This document shows, piece after piece, positions 54,101 through 63,182 of a stretch of DNA of 64,000 nucleotides. The stretch covers positions 15,934,001-15,998,000 of the forward strand of contig OZ365114.1 of the NCBI GenBank assembly GCA_977030845.1, in the 5' to 3' direction. The stretch is from Fimbriosthenelais zetlandica. Taxonomy: Eukaryota. Position numbers and translations under genes: made by a program. The notes beneath the pieces are model-generated. The model was not told the origin of the DNA. It worked only from the letters and a program-made list of their open reading frames with translations, and did no database searches. Numbering within the stretch: position 1 is the stretch's first letter; each line of letters starts with the position of its first letter.

Positions 54101-55182
54101 CTGACAATATACTGAAATTCATGATAACATGTAATTTCATCATTTTGTGTTGCATATCAAACTGCAGTTACTTTTATTATATTATGGTATTATGATATAT
54201 TTTTATATATTTATAGCCAATGCAGGATCTAGCGGTGTAGACAGACAAGAAGGAAGTCCAACCCCAACTCCAAGATCCACCACATCAACAACAGAACCCA
54301 CAACATCAACAACAACAACAACTAGGGCAACTACAACCACTCGTCCAACAACAACGACAACCAGACGTCCAAGATGGAGGCCACGGCCAAGGACTACCAC
54401 CACATCTACAACAACTACCACCACAACAACTACTACAACTAGACCAACCACTACAACAACAACAACCAAAAAACCTACAACAACCACAACAACACCAAGG
54501 CCAACACCAAGACCAACACCAAGGCCGCTGCCTGCTCGGCCAGGTAGCCAGTCACGTGATAGCCAGCCTCGCGGTATCCAGCCTCATGTTAGGCCATCAC
54601 CAGGTCGCCAGTCGGAATCTTGCTGGTGGGAAAAAGTGGGCAACTGTTCAGAACCCTGTGGTGGTTGTGGAAGACAAAAATGGCGATATCTATGTCGGCA
54701 ACGGAACGGAGCAGAGCAAGAGTAAGTTTATACTACTGTTTTGGTTACTCATTAATGTGAATGATAGCAAACCCTAATCTGCTGTGACATTGTCTAATAT
54801 TATATTTCGAGTCTTGATTGTAAAGAAAATAAGCCCTAATCAAAGTATCCTTCTCTTTCAGGCTCGCTACACGGAGTGAGCCATGCAACGATATGAAATG
54901 CCAAGGATGGTGCTTGATGTATATTGCTAGAGTTTATTATATGTAAGTATCTAATATGCCATAATATCTTCCAATATCAATGGTAGCTATGTCAAAGTAT
55001 GACTACATAATAGTTAACAAGTGTCACCAAATCTTATAAAGTAAATGACCTATAAAGGAAAAAAACATACCTTTTGATGTAAGCTCTAATTTCTTGATCT
55101 TCCTTTCAGGCCATGCGGTCCAGAGTGCTGCGGCGACTATAAACCACAAGGCCAAAGATGTGTTCGGGCGCAAACGGTGTGA
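47958..55182 (+). CDS. Multi-exon astacin-family (M12A) zinc metalloprotease: Cys-rich segment, propeptide, astacin, EGF, CUB, EGF, VWA, Thr-rich stalk, TSP1 (BP10/SpAN- and nematode NAS-35-38-like); 5' exon(s) not located
   Basis: Manually spliced exons 47958-48170, 48281-48479, 48858-48993, 49134-49206, 49332-49535, 51691-51814, 51925-52053, 52271-52392, 52541-52665, 52969-53099, 53318-54064, 54217-54721, 54862-54942, 55110-55182. All are GT-AG with matching phases and total 2862 nt (954 codons including TGA). Motifs: FESD, RRVKR, HEIGHSLGLFHE, SAMHY, CUB with RFCC, TSP1 with CSEPCGGCG. Confidence 0.93.
48281..48479 (+). CDS. Exon: propeptide, furin-type site and start of astacin domain
   Basis: FIRSPFSPSCFESDQMLVDEQ...HRRVKRKIRRFADFPITKWDDKIYYKIDGSL; acceptor tgcctttcag, donor GTAAGA. 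Confidence 0.92.
48858..48993 (+). CDS. Exon: astacin domain (IRRAIGMWSKDTCLEF)
   Basis: Astacin-typical AI..W...TCL.F; acceptor ctttatag, donor GTAAGT; phase 1-2. Confidence 0.93.
49134..49206 (+). CDS. Exon: astacin domain (CYSYIG)
   Basis: CYSYIGKASVIPQPIFLSFTCFSS; acceptor ttttttcag, donor GTGAGT; phase 2-0. Confidence 0.92.
49332..49535 (+). CDS. Exon: astacin catalytic zinc-binding motif and Met-turn
   Basis: HEIGHSLGLFHEHQRIDRD (HExxHxxGxxH+E) and SAMHY; acceptor tctccacag, donor GTATGT. Confidence 0.97.
51691..51814 (+). CDS. Exon: C-terminal part of astacin domain
   Basis: AFSSNGRNTIQTANPLYQRTIGQRVELSFSDLKIINLAYC; follows a 2.15-kb intron; donor GTAAGT. Confidence 0.94.
51925..52053 (+). 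CDS. Exon: EGF-like domain 1
   Basis: KCAGSPLPQPCQNRGYQDHDDCTKCKCPDGLTGRYCE; phase 1-1. Confidence 0.94.
52271..52392 (+). CDS. Exon: CUB domain part 1
   Basis: QCGGDVIAS...IISSPGYSRGYYDVGTECSWRIK. Confidence 0.93.
52541..52665 (+). CDS. Exon: CUB domain part 2
   Basis: ARAGYRVKIKFRDTFAVYCFSNRCRHWVEIRHSGDLGITGPR; donor GTAAGG. Confidence 0.93.
52969..53099 (+). CDS. Exon: CUB domain part 3
   Basis: FCCSGTPQEVILSEGNEVLVIFKS...GFKLEYTE; donor GTATGT. Confidence 0.93.
53318..54064 (+). CDS. Exon: EGF-like domain 2 plus von Willebrand factor A domain
   Basis: CPTNPCKNGAFC...CECPTGYYGPYC, then ADILFLLDSS, RVGVITYA, VAVIVTDS, GISIVAVGVG; acceptor ctttgcag, donor GTACGA; phase 1-1. Confidence 0.92.
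54217..54721 (+). CDS. Exon: Thr/Pro-rich mucin-like stalk and start of TSP1 domain
   Basis: Poly-Thr tracts, then SCWWEKVGNCSEPCGGCGRQKWRYLC; acceptor atttatag, donor GTAAGT. Confidence 0.9.
54862..54942 (+). CDS. Exon: TSP1 domain continuation
   Basis: LATRSEPCNDMKCQGWCLMYIARVYY; phase 2-2; donor GTAAGT. Confidence 0.87.
55110..55182 (+). CDS. Terminal coding exon
   Basis: PCGPECCGDYKPQGQRCVRAQTV-stop; a Cys-Cys tail like those of astacin-TSP1 proteins; TGA at 55180-55182. Confidence 0.87.
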
Positions 55183-55197
55183 CCATCGACGTCATCT

Positions 55198-55203
55198 AAT
55201 AAA
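55198..55203 (+). terminator. Candidate polyadenylation signal AATAAA of the astacin gene
   Basis: Canonical hexamer 15 nt after the stop codon. The region is AT-rich, so chance is possible. Confidence 0.45.
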
Positions 55204-58200
55204 TAGATAAAAATACATTTGATAATTTAGTGAGAAGATAATACTGGATACCTCATTAACTGAAGACCAATGTTCTGACTCAATGAGGGGGATGTATCCC
55301 TCAGTTAAGCTACCTCTTAACTCTAATACAACCAAGAATGCCAAGGTGAGAAACTGACGTGATGACGTCACCCCCACCGAGGCACAAGAACTTCAACGTC
55401 ATTTGTGGCGTTCTCAGGACAATGAATCAGCAAGATTCGTGTACTATATTATTATCCCTCTATATTATAGGGAACCAATTTGTGAAGACCTGCAGATTGT
55501 AAAATAGATTTCTACGGAATCCAGCCATATACATGAATCTATCAAATGAACTGGGACATGAACAATTCAGGGTAGTAGTGATAGTATACAGTGACTGAGT
55601 GTCGGATGTTAGGTCAAGGATGAATGAAAGAAAGCAATGTATGTCTTGGATATCATAAAGTACTTATTGGAAAACAGCATTCAGAGGGTATAAGTCATAT
55701 GGGGAGCCAAACAAGGAGTATGGCCTACGCAAGCTCTTCCTCTGGTGCTTGTCTCTTAAAGCTCATCCCGCACAGAAATGTTTGAAATATTTTTTACTAG
55801 ATTTATAAAGTTTTGGAATGTATATCATGCTGAAAAGCGCTCAATGCCGTTCTCTGTAAACGCACAACTTTGCTGAAGGCCGGCCACTATCTACACTTAT
55901 CTACATTCCATTTGTCACAGATTGTATTAATTTATTAGTATTTCAAACTGTTGATTGAGAAAAGACCTTTCCAATGCAGTGTCATGGTAAGGTTTCATTA
56001 GATCTTTCTCCCGGAGGAGGGTTATTGAAAATCAATAACCAAAATACATGTACATGTCCATGTGTTAAGGATGTGGAGCCCAACAGTCTTCTAGGAAACA
56101 TTGCCCTTCTTGTAATAACCAATAAGGTAAAGCTGTTGAGAAGATTATCATTGTTAAACTACGATTCATGACTAGAAGGGCTCCAACATAGTTCTAAATG
56201 GTGCTAAATTTAATGTATATTGTATATGATTCTTATTCAATCTTTTGTAGCATATGATAGTTGTACTACTACAACAGGCTTGTAACTTATTACCCCGTTA
56301 TGAAAGGATCCGAGTAGCAGCTCTTTAATCAATGGTAAAACCTAATCTTAACATTGATTGAAGTCTGAAAGTTCAGTCGACACCAATCAATCCATCTTCA
56401 AGGTTGTGCATTTGATGACCTTCTGAAGTCTTGGTGTTCCATAGTGATAATGTGATGGAAATGTGGACCTCAGATATTTTTATACTTGAGTTAAAATTCT
56501 CATCTTCACCAAGTGCCCAATCTGAAGCGGGAACGTATTAGTGTCGGCAGTTACTCCATTTATACGTGTAAGTGGAGTAGAATATCTCGACGACGTTTTA
56601 AAGAGCATAAAGCACTCTCCGTGTATTCTACCCTCAATGAACAGGCATAAATATATTCATTATGAGATTCTCATGTTATTCATATCACTCGGATTCCTCA
56701 TGTCACTCGTTTGTGGTGTGGACCAGGTTCTAGAGGATAGCTACCAAAGACAGACAGCCGATTGATGCACTCTAAAAAGCATGTTTTAACATAGGCTTGA
56801 TTAAGAAATTTGGGATGGATTTATGTATTGCATCGATGCGCATATTTCAAGGATAGAATATCTGCTGTAGACGTGTCTTGCATTATATGAACATGTCTGT
56901 TGTCTTATAAGATAGTCTAATGACAAACTGTATAGATGTTAGGTGTATATAGTATGATATAATTATTTATAAAAGCGTTATTAATAACTTAATTATTACT
57001 TACAAGCAATCAACATTTTCCTCTAGTGTTGAAGGATTATTCCTGCCTGCCTTTGAAGAGTGCAATACATTATTGTGTTGAGGGTGGGATTTATCCACAA
57101 TTATTTTGTACCCTATTTTTTTCCTGCAGTTCCATTCCATCTATTTCATGAAACATGTTATTTTGTCATCATTATGCAGCATATCCATCATTATCTACAT
57201 ATTTCTGTTAGTATCATAGATTTCATCTTCATTGTTACTTCATCCAACAATCACCCTTCGCATAAGTGCCACTAAGTCAGCTAGGAAAAAATAAGTAAAA
57301 TATCTTCAGCAAAATTTAGACAAAGTAATTACTTATAATCGAGGTTAATTCATTGAGTTATAATTTCAGAATTGAATCAGTGGGGATTCCATTGAATATA
57401 TTGTATGTACATAATATGGAAAAACTTCTAGGTAATCAAGGACATCGTGACATGCTAAAATGACTATCATTACGTACACGTTCGTGTTTTATTTTTCATT
57501 GCTGGATTTGTTGTTTCATTTCCTCACCTCGCCAGTTTGTTTCACCTCATTTCTTTCATCTGTGATGTTTCAAACCGTGTATTTTATTAGTAACTGAAGA
57601 TATTTGATACTTGCTTACATTATTGTATATAAGATATTGAAGTGTATGTTTCATGTGAATACTATCGAGAGAAGGAGAAAAAGAAATAAAGCTATGTTTA
57701 CAGATAAATTCATGAATGACTCTTTGTGATAAATTCATTTGACTCTTCTGCATTTAGGCCTTGGACCTATAATTGCTAAGCTAAAATTAATGGGGGCGCA
57801 TCGATCCGTCTTGGGGAGGTTGGGTATAGACCACTTTGATATGTGTTAATGAATTAACCACAATTCTATAATCGCAAGATGAAGTCGAAATGGAAATCTG
57901 AAATGGATTTCTTCCCTCTTCACCAATCTGTAGCATTATCCCTTTAACTGTTGCGCCACCTCGTGTTATCAAGGATAAACTTATACTAAACTGGGTGACC
58001 TGATTGAGGCAGTCTTGTCAAATGCAACACTCAGTAACAAAACGGAAATTCCTATCCCCAGGCAACAATTCCACAGAGTTTCGAGAAAAAAAATTAAAGG
58101 GTAGGGGCCCTATACACTGGAAATATACTGAAAATGTTAAAGAGGCTGGCAATAAAACTCTGAGCCACACAACTTAGAGAAACTAATGGTGGACTTCCAT

Positions 58201-59312
58201 GGACTAAATTTTGGAAAGTTTGAACAATTTTGGATAAAAGGCCGATATTTCACACAAAATATATGGGAAAAGTTGGATATTTGACAATAAGTAGATCTAC
58301 AGTTTAGGCCTGTACACTAAAATTTGAAGTGTAAAATGTACAGTTGAAAAACTCAAAATTTTAAATTGGTTGCAAAGGGCACTTCAACTCATTTCTGAGG
58401 AATGAATCGTTCAGGAAGCAAAGTTAGCAGTAGCCTAACCTCATTTACTACGATAGACAAGGGGAAATCTAGATTTCCTATTTTTGATTCGAAAGATTTA
58501 CCATAATTGGTGCTGCATACAGTGCTGCACATTATGTCATCAATTGTGTTACATTCAGTGTTGACATCCATCACAAAAAATTCATAAGAATGTACGCAAT
58601 ATACTTCCTAACAACATGCTAAAATAGGCACAGTTTACAATCATATTACTCAGCATTAAAAGAACAAAAACTATTTAGTAACTCATGCGTAACTACCACT
58701 AAAATCTTCCAGCCAAGCCATGAGATTCATAACATTGTCATGGTTCATTGACTCTAGCCTGACTTAGATTAAGGGTGCAATTTATACACTATAAAAATAA
58801 AGGAAAAGCCCAAGCATAATCTACATCTTATTCATATGGAATGGGGGTAAAGATATCTCAATATTATAAAACAAAAAAACAGATTTTGATGCCAACATGA
58901 ACAGAAACATTTCAGATTAATTCTTTCAATGTTCACAATGTTATGTTTTTGATAATCGTTACAATTCATAAAATGCTTTTAGATGTCTTAGAACTTTTAG
59001 AATAAAAAGTAATATAATACTTAGCACAATATGTGTATAATACCTAGTACAAGAGTACTTAAGATATGATATGCTATGTTCTGCAGTGTAGAAAACCAAT
59101 TGAGCCTACGCATGTATCTCAAAGGCACTGGCTACTAAATCAAATTTGTTTGACATATTAAAATGATTAGGTGTTTTCAGGATTCGGTATCAGTGTACTC
59201 ATTCGTTCTTTTGGAGGACCACCTTATATAACTTGAGAAAATTGAAGTAGAAGATCCATGGAAGAAAAGCAAAAGACCCTTACAATAATATAAGGATATT
59301 TACATTAAGACA

Positions 59313-59536
59313 ATGGGTGATACGAGGGAGGTTACAGAATGTGCAGTGTGTTTAGATCTGCCTTTAGATCCACGCTTATTGCAGTGTACTCATTCATTTT
59401 GTTATGAATGTTTAGTAAAGCTCTCTGATGGCAGGAGTGTGAAGTGCCCACTGTGTAGAAGGATCACTCGCGCAGTGATTAGAACCCTACCGAAGAAGAG
59501 TTTCGCAAAACAAGGATTGTCACCAAGAAGAACAGG
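59313..59536 (+). CDS. C3HC4 RING finger, TRIM-like N-terminal coding exon (or an 81-aa RING-only ORF to 59558 if unspliced)
   Basis: ECAVC...DPRLLQCTHSFCYECL...VKCPLCR...LP has full RING ligand spacing and TRIM-type context. There is a strong donor GTATGT at 59537 and an acceptor-like gtgttttcag at 59171-59180. Confidence 0.75.
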
Positions 59537-59770
59537 GTATGTATATGGATTTCAATAAGGGAACATTTCACCTATACCATGCTAAGTTTTGGTAAAGTGT
59601 ACTACACAGTTGGTGTGAGCATGGTGAGGAGCAATGACTTATTTACTCGAAAATCATGACACAAAGAATAAGGGGCAAGTATTGCACAACCTACACAGTT
59701 ACTCAAAATGGTGACGCAATGGATAAGGAGTAAGTATGGTGTGCAGACTTTTTTTTATGGTATGCAGACG

Positions 59771-59835
59771 TTTTTTCACTATTATTTACTATTTTTTACT
59801 ATTTTCTTCTATTATTTACTATTATATACTATTAT
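59771..59835. repeat. 10-bp tandem repeat (ATTATTTACT)x~6.5 abutting the element 3' terminus
   Basis: Exact 10-bp periodicity with substitutions; the last unit merges into B2. Confidence 0.85.
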
Positions 59836-59890
59836 ACACATGAGCGAACTACTGAGTGGTTTGGCTAGCTTATCATTTAATGAAGGCTCC
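59834..59890 (-). repeat. Terminal direct repeat B2 (57 bp)
   Basis: Identical to 60149-60205 (atacacatgagcgaactactgagtggtttggctagcttatcatttaatgaaggctcc); contains ATTAAA on the element strand. Confidence 0.92.
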
Positions 59891-60148
59891 TAATGCATCA
59901 CATACAGTTACAGCAGTAAGATGGTAGACATACATATATAATGATACAATGAGAACATACAAATATGTAGCACAAGTAAATTTTTTTTTTTTTTTTTTAA
60001 ATGGGCTGCTGCCTGCTGGGCGCTGGTCAGTGGAATGTTGACCGTGACGTAGGCGGTGACGTAGGTGGTTACGGAGCCGTCGAGGTGGAGACGTTGCTAA
60101 GTCAGAGTCTCGTCTTGGTATAATCACCATACCAACGTATGGTTTACC
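59891..60148 (-). repeat. Putative A2 segment (258 bp) of the split direct repeats
   Basis: Lies between the two B copies. Its partner A1 is predicted upstream of gag, outside the window, so it is unverified here. Confidence 0.6.
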
Positions 60149-60205
60149 ATACACATGAGCGAACTACTGAGTGGTTTGGCTAGCTTATCATTTAATGAAG
60201 GCTCC
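60149..60205 (-). repeat. Direct repeat B1 (57 bp)
   Basis: Begins 32 nt after the YR stop codon; identical to 59834-59890. Confidence 0.92.
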
Positions 60206-60237
60206 AAACCGCCAAACAGAGAAGTAGTTAGTGAAAG

Positions 60238-61161
60238 TTAAATGTTCTTAGAAAAACGAGAATCAACCTCAAGCCTGTGAGACACTGAAGGCTTTAAATA
60301 TTTAAACACACATGCGGATTTCCAAGTTCCCCTGTCCTTAATGTCAGCCAAGGAGCATCCTGACTCCAGCATATAACTGGCACCACCAGATCTTAGTGAA
60401 TGCGATGAAAAGTTCCCTTTAATCTTGGCTTCCGTCAGCAGATTTTTGAAGCACGTAGAGAAGGCATTATAGGTTAAGTGGGGTAGCCTATGAGTAGAGA
60501 AGACTGCAACACAGGCAGAAGGGTGAAACTTGGAATACAAGCGCCATAGCCAATACACAGGACATATGGACTTTTCCTTGAGCGACCTGACAGGAATAGT
60601 AACAGGTTTCGCTCTAGTTATAGTCTTTGAAGATTGCAAAGTTAACAAGAGACCCCAATCTGTAAATTCTATGTTACCCCAACACAGTGTATGCACTGAT
60701 TTCACAATATGAGAGACTCGTAAAAGAGCCCTAAACATTAACAGAGATCCGACATAAGTTAAACATTCAGTATCACAGTCAAAATCCACACCAATATATA
60801 TCTTCCTGAGGTGTGAAGGTGTAATAGGATCTTTTGAATCCGGTATATAATTTTTCTTTAAACCATCCAGCATCATCTTAACACTTGGGTGAGATAAGCG
60901 CACCGGGTCATAACCTAATACACAATGATAAAATACAATAGCTTGAACATATGCAACCACTGATGTGGGGGACATCAGGTTTGACAAAAAGGCAACATAT
61001 AAGCACATTTGTGCAACATCACATGGAATAGTTTTAAGGTTGTAAGAGGTGCAAAAAACGCTCATAGCAGGACCATTGTTTAGATCTAGTTTTCTGCGTC
61101 GATGGCGCCACAGCTGACAATCGTAGTTTCTGGACTCTATCCTGAAGAGCTTTCACGCTCC
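60238..61161 (-). CDS. Tyrosine recombinase of the retrotransposon, with an apparent +1 frameshift near its N-terminus
   Basis: Catalytic signature LLRVSH, HSLRSG (HxxR), GTWKS (H/W) and FKY. The N-terminal helix VKALQDRVQKLRLSAVAPSTQKTRSKQWSCYERF is in a different frame and joins CTSYNL if one base of the A6 run at 61053-61058 is removed. Confidence 0.9.
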
Positions 61162-63182
61162 CTGGAAATAGAACATAACAAGGAATCGAAACAGCACAAA
61201 AATGCACCAGACAATAATTCTACTGCCTTTTTCTGAGTGTCAGGATAAGCCATACGAGACAAGCTATCTGCTACCAAATTGTTCTTGGTAGATATGTACC
61301 TGGGAGTTAGTTTAATTTTATACACTTTACACACCCAGAAGAGCTCCCGCAACCAAGCTGTACACGTTACACTGCTACTGGTGCCCTTAGCCACCATGTA
61401 GTACACTTGAGTGTTATCTGTGAAAATCATTAATTCTTTTTCCACACATTCGGGACCCCATCTTTTAACGCCCTGGAGGATGGGCCAGAGTTCCATAATG
61501 TTTATGTTGTCCACAGGTAGGGTTGGGTCCATGGGTGGGTATGATACATGGCCACAGTTACTATCCACCTCTATTCGATTGGACTGATCCCAGAAGCCCA
61601 TGATCCAGTCGTTGTTCATGTATGCTGCGAATCCGCGGGATGAAGCATCAGTCACTAGGGGGTATGGGTGGCCAATTGGTGCCAAGGACGTAACACCATT
61701 GAAGCAATCACAAAACGAGGACCACCACACAATGTCCTGACGTACCTCGTCAGTAATACGAGAGGACTTTATATTCTTGTTAATCATGAATTTATACAAG
61801 TTAAATAGTCTTCTACAGTAGATTCTCCCACCTTCAACCAGCGTGGCACAGTGGGACAATAGGCCTGTAAGGCGTTCAAGCTGCTTCTTGCTGATCGATG
61901 AGGCAGCAATATAAGTGTGAAGAATCTTTCGTAATTTCACCAGTTTAAGTTGTGGTAACCTCAATTGCATTTTCAAAGTATCAACTTCAATACCAAGAAA
62001 AGTGGTTGTCTGCGATGGAGGACTGACTTTGTTCCATGATATATGGAAACCTAGGTACCTTAATACTCTTATGATAGTCAATAAGGCCTCCTGACCTTCA
62101 GCATAAGTAGGAGTTATGCAGGCAAAATCATCTAAATAATTGACAACTTGGAGCTTATGTACCTCAGTAAGAATGTCATGGATGACAGTAGAGATCAAAT
62201 TGAAGTAGTATGGGCCTGTTTTAAGGCCGAAGCAGAGTCTATTGTCAATAAAGGTAGCATCAGAACCATCAATGCTCCATCTAAATCCCATATACTTTTT
62301 GTGGGCTGGCAATATGGATACTGCTCGGTATGCTGATTTAATGTCCACAGTTGTAATAAAATCACCTTGATTCATGAAACCAACAACGTCATCGATGCCT
62401 TTGTAACAGAATGTCTCATACAAAGTAGAGCAGAAGGAGTTTACTGATTTACCTTCAGGCTGGCTGCAGTCAGTGATTGGCCTTATGTCAGAATCACCCT
62501 TAGGGACGCAGCCGAGGGAATGAATACACTGAGGTTTCTCCGTGGCTACCTCTATCATACCCTCTGCTAACTCCTTGAAGATTATAGAATCCATCTTCTT
62601 GCTTGCCTCAGGCATCAAAATGGAATTGTAGTTGGGACAATCATAACTAGGGGGTTCACTATCCACGACTGGAAATCCTTCTGCTACCCCATTAAAAACT
62701 GCCCAGTGCAACTCGGATACATCCTTCTGAGCTGCAAATATATAGCTGGAAAACCTACATGGTTTCAACTGGGCTTTAGAAGCACCTATGTAGTGCTCAC
62801 AGTGACAGCGGCCACTGATACAAGAGTTGTACACAGTTATTTTCCTATCAGCCGATGTGGGGGGAGTGACAAAACTAACCTCATCGTCACACCCTACAGG
62901 CAAATCGTCATATAAGTTGAGAAGTACAGGCTGAGGAGGTGAAGAAACATAACTAGAGTCTTTAAGTAGATCCACTGGGGGCTGCGGCCCTTCACAAGGA
63001 GAAATTTCATAGTCAAACTCCGTGGAAATATCAATAAGACTTACTTCCGTGCGGTGATCGTGCGTGTGGTCATATGTTTGTGTACACACATTTGTGGTGA
63101 CGTCATCCGAGTCAGCGGACTCTGTATTGTTACTGTTAGCCAAACACGCCGATACTGCCTGAGCTTCCCAACTCGCCGGATC
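61137..63182 (-). CDS. Reverse transcriptase / RNase H (pol) of the retrotransposon
   Basis: Uninterrupted frame with RPITDCS, VDIKSAY, LCFGL, NYLDDF (RT) and TDAS, NIMELW, FTDN, ADSLSR (RNase H). The track start at 63143 is a TTG; the frame is open back to the gag TAG at 63183-63185. Confidence 0.95.
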   Translation of the reverse strand, partial: DPASWEAQAVSACLANSNNTESADSDDVTTNVCTQTYDHTHDHRTEVSLIDISTEFDYEISPCEGPQPPVDLLKDSSYVSSPPQPVLLNLYDDLPVGCDDEVSFVTPPTSADRKITVYNSCISGRCHCEHYIGASKAQLKPCRFSSYIFAAQKDVSELHWAVFNGVAEGFPVVDSEPPSYDCPNYNSILMPEASKKMDSIIFKELAEGMIEVATEKPQCIHSLGCVPKGDSDIRPITDCSQPEGKSVNSFCSTLYETFCYKGIDDVVGFMNQGDFITTVDIKSAYRAVSILPAHKKYMGFRWSIDGSDATFIDNRLCFGLKTGPYYFNLISTVIHDILTEVHKLQVVNYLDDFACITPTYAEGQEALLTIIRVLRYLGFHISWNKVSPPSQTTTFLGIEVDTLKMQLRLPQLKLVKLRKILHTYIAASSISKKQLERLTGLLSHCATLVEGGRIYCRRLFNLYKFMINKNIKSSRITDEVRQDIVWWSSFCDCFNGVTSLAPIGHPYPLVTDASSRGFAAYMNNDWIMGFWDQSNRIEVDSNCGHVSYPPMDPTLPVDNINIMELWPILQGVKRWGPECVEKELMIFTDNTQVYYMVAKGTSSSVTCTAWLRELFWVCKVYKIKLTPRYISTKNNLVADSLSRMAYPDTQKKAVELLSGAFLCCFDSLLCSISRERESSSG

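Noticed and set aside
54203-54487. Poly-Val ORF on the minus strand, and ORFs 63041-63430, 63054-63422 and 53671-54018
   Set aside because: These are antisense or alternate-frame shadows of the real Thr-rich, gag/pol and VWA coding sequences.
55355-55370. CRE palindrome TGACGTCA downstream of the astacin stop
   Set aside because: An 8-mer expected by chance, with no promoter context.
59191-59395. 14-bp duplicate CAGTGTACTCATTC (QCTHS) upstream of and within the RING exon
   Set aside because: The similarity does not extend, so it cannot support a duplicated RING.
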